Origin: an uncultured Ilyobacter sp.
GTDB lineage: Bacteria > Fusobacteriota > Fusobacteriia > Fusobacteriales > Fusobacteriaceae
DNA length: 64,000 nt
Direction of reading: 5' to 3'
NCBI GenBank assembly: GCA_963663915.1
Contig: OY760649.1
Coordinates: 38,004-102,003, forward strand
The notes below the pieces were generated by a model that ran no database searches, had not been told where the DNA came from, and saw only the letters and a program-made list of their open reading frames with translations. The position numbers and the translations under genes are program-made. Of this stretch, positions 62,134 to 64,000 are shown piece after piece; within the stretch, counting starts at the first letter, position 1, and each line of letters opens with the position of its first letter.

Positions 62134-62529
62134 TCAGCTTGATTCAATTTTTTTCTTTACAAACATAAGTATTTTTCTACTGTCCTTTTCAGCTTCGTCA
62201 AGAAGATCATGAGATGGAATTATTCCCATTCCAGTATCCATGTACCTAAAGGCAGTAGAGTACGGCGTTAAATTTTCATATTCTTCATATAGCTGCTCAA
62301 AGCTTTTATCTATCTCTACACAGCTGTCTAAAATAACGGTGAGATCATGGCTTTTTGGAACTCTAGTTTTATTGTATATAAGGTAAGCCTTTAGGGATTT
62401 CTCTCCGGCTTGCTGAAAATGGTATATAGCTTTGTCTTCAAGTTCGGACTCAATTAAAATCTCTGCGGACTTGAAATCCCTTTCTGCTTTAAAATACATA
62501 ATTTCAAAATCTTTAGTTGTTACTGTCAT
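62134..62529 (-). CDS. HEPN domain protein
   Basis: AERDFKSA...YHFQQAGEKSLKAYL...PKSHDL...FRY. Confidence 0.88.
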   Translation of the reverse strand: MTVTTKDFEIMYFKAERDFKSAEILIESELEDKAIYHFQQAGEKSLKAYLIYNKTRVPKSHDLTVILDSCVEIDKSFEQLYEEYENLTPYSTAFRYMDTGMGIIPSHDLLDEAEKDSRKILMFVKKKIESS

Positions 62530-62824
62530 AAATCAGGTACCCCCTGTTATAAATCTCATTTTCTATTTTATATAAATCTCGAGAATTTTCAAGAAACTCC
62601 AACTCACTTTCGACTATTAAGTCTTTGGATATTCCTGTTCCTCTCAGGGCTTTAATACCTCTTCTCATATCCAATATTTTGTTATTGCATTGTTCTGTTA
62701 TTACCATAATATCCAGATCACTGTCTTCATTTGGATTTCCCCAGGCATAAGACCCAAATATGTATATTTTTTTAGGGTTAAATTCATTGACAAGCTTCTT
62801 TTTTACCTCTTCTATTTTCCACAA
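62513..62824 (-). CDS. Minimal nucleotidyltransferase (MNT)
   Basis: IYIFGSYAWGNPNEDSDLDIMV. Confidence 0.88.
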   Translation of the reverse strand: MWKIEEVKKKLVNEFNPKKIYIFGSYAWGNPNEDSDLDIMVITEQCNNKILDMRRGIKALRGTGISKDLIVESELEFLENSRDLYKIENEIYNRGYLIYDSNN

Positions 62825-62846
62825 GTTTATTATGATACCACCTTCT

Positions 62847-63698
62847 TTATATGGTTTGGATAAGCACTTTTATATTTTTTTCTATTTCAGAAATTTCTCT
62901 TAAAATTTGCTCTCTTTCTTCCCTTATTTTTTTTAGATTTTTCTCTCTCTCAGCTATATCTCTATTTACAAAATCAAGCTTACCCTGTTTTAACTTAAGC
63001 TCCCTTTCCAATTTTCCTTCTGGACTTTCAACTATTATAGCTTCCTGAATTTCGCAAGATTTTTTATTCGCAACTTGCGAATATCTTTTCTCTATTTCTT
63101 TTATTTTCAAAGAAGGTTTCTTATCCTTTAATACTTCCAGTATATCTTCTTGAGTAAAATTACTATTCTTACTTGTTAAAGTTTTTACAACTGGAATAGG
63201 AAGTTCCATTATCTCTCTTTTACTAGTTTCAAGAAAAAGCTTATATTTTTTTAATAAAACAGAACTCTTGTCTTTATTGATTCCCAAAGAGGAGCACCAC
63301 TCCACTATCTTATAAAACTCTTCCCTTATATTATCTGTGTATTTGAACTCAGAGTAACTGTACTCTTCTATAATTTGATAAAAATATCTGGACTTTGTAT
63401 TCTTTATCCTCCAATGCTCACCTAGATTTTTAGCAGTACATCCTAACTGATCTTCTATAAAATTAACTACAACACCTGGTATTTTTTCAGGAAGATGCCT
63501 TATGTCCAGTCCTTTAACCCTTAAATATAAAAGCTGAAGAGCATAGCCAATCCTATGATATGGTTTAGGCAATTCTTGAATTTCCTTTATTTCTTCAGAG
63601 TTTAAGGTGAAGTTTGTTGACAGTTCCTTCTCGTTACATATTGACAATAAGATCTCTTCCCTTTCCCTTCTTAAAAGGATCTTGTTTCTATATCTCAT
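62847..63698 (-). CDS. Chimeric protein: Tn3 TnpA N-terminus (DUF4158-like) fused to a partition-partner-like domain and a coiled coil
   Basis: First ~125 aa align with TnpA 45237; C-terminal half aligns with protein 16318. Confidence 0.6.
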   Translation of the reverse strand: MRYRNKILLRREREEILLSICNEKELSTNFTLNSEEIKEIQELPKPYHRIGYALQLLYLRVKGLDIRHLPEKIPGVVVNFIEDQLGCTAKNLGEHWRIKNTKSRYFYQIIEEYSYSEFKYTDNIREEFYKIVEWCSSLGINKDKSSVLLKKYKLFLETSKREIMELPIPVVKTLTSKNSNFTQEDILEVLKDKKPSLKIKEIEKRYSQVANKKSCEIQEAIIVESPEGKLERELKLKQGKLDFVNRDIAEREKNLKKIREEREQILREISEIEKNIKVLIQTI

Positions 63699-64000
63699 GG
63701 CTGCCCTCTTTCTTCATCTTATAAAACATTGCCTTTGAACACCCTATCGCTTCAAGGGCTTCTTTCACTGAGATATAATCAGGGTTATTTTTGTTTCTTG
63801 TAAGTGGATAAATTACTTTGAACCTTTCTCTAAGCTCTGTATCTTTGCTTCTGCCGAATTTAACCCCTTTAGATAGAGCCCTTTTAACACCTTCTCTCTG
63901 CCTCTTTCTCAACTCTTTCCTTTCCCACTCTGCTCTAAGGAGATCTACTTCAAGCATTGTATCTAGCATGACATTCAGCATAGCTTCAGCCAGAGAATTA
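63688..64000 (-). CDS. Serine resolvase, C-terminal part (runs off the window)
   Basis: AEWERKELRKRQREGVKRALSKGVKFGRSK...GCSKAMFY; overlaps the next gene as tnpR/tnpA do at 45237. Confidence 0.8.
   Translation of the reverse strand, partial: NSLAEAMLNVMLDTMLEVDLLRAEWERKELRKRQREGVKRALSKGVKFGRSKDTELRERFKVIYPLTRNKNNPDYISVKEALEAIGCSKAMFYKMKKEGSHEI

Noticed and set aside
128-63048. Many short antisense ORFs in the track (e.g. 128-391, 7007-7435, 19919-20509, 37336-37869, 58431-58751)
   Set aside because: They overlap well-supported genes on the opposite strand and lack RBS or motifs; treated as shadow ORFs.

Overview
AT-rich, IS-riddled window that looks like part of a low-copy plasmid or secondary replicon of an anaerobe. 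A Fusobacteriaceae-like host is an inference, not established. Left to right it holds: an IS701-like relic; a HigBA-type TA pair; an IclR-linked sugar-acid catabolic operon; and a c-di-GMP signalling region with three c-di-GMP-I riboswitches, three HD-GYP proteins (one also GGDEF), one EAL protein and a multi-receiver phosphorelay. That region is wrapped around a replication/partition core (10 iterons, putative Rep, ParA, a non-canonical ParB partner, two long palindromes, MNT-HEPN). Further right are a complete type I-B CRISPR-Cas locus (44 full 37-bp repeats, truncated by IS3), a nested IS3/Tn3/IS4/IS21 junction, four paralogous prepilin-like proteins with a conserved N-terminal module and four unrelated C-terminal domains, two more MNT-HEPN pairs and a chimeric Tn3/partition relic. 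The best candidates for undescribed biology are the variable-tip pilin family, the ParA/atypical-ParB/palindrome system with alternately spaced iterons, and a riboswitch-controlled orphan solute-binding protein paired with a membrane HD-GYP. All family calls are by eye from motifs; no database searches were run.
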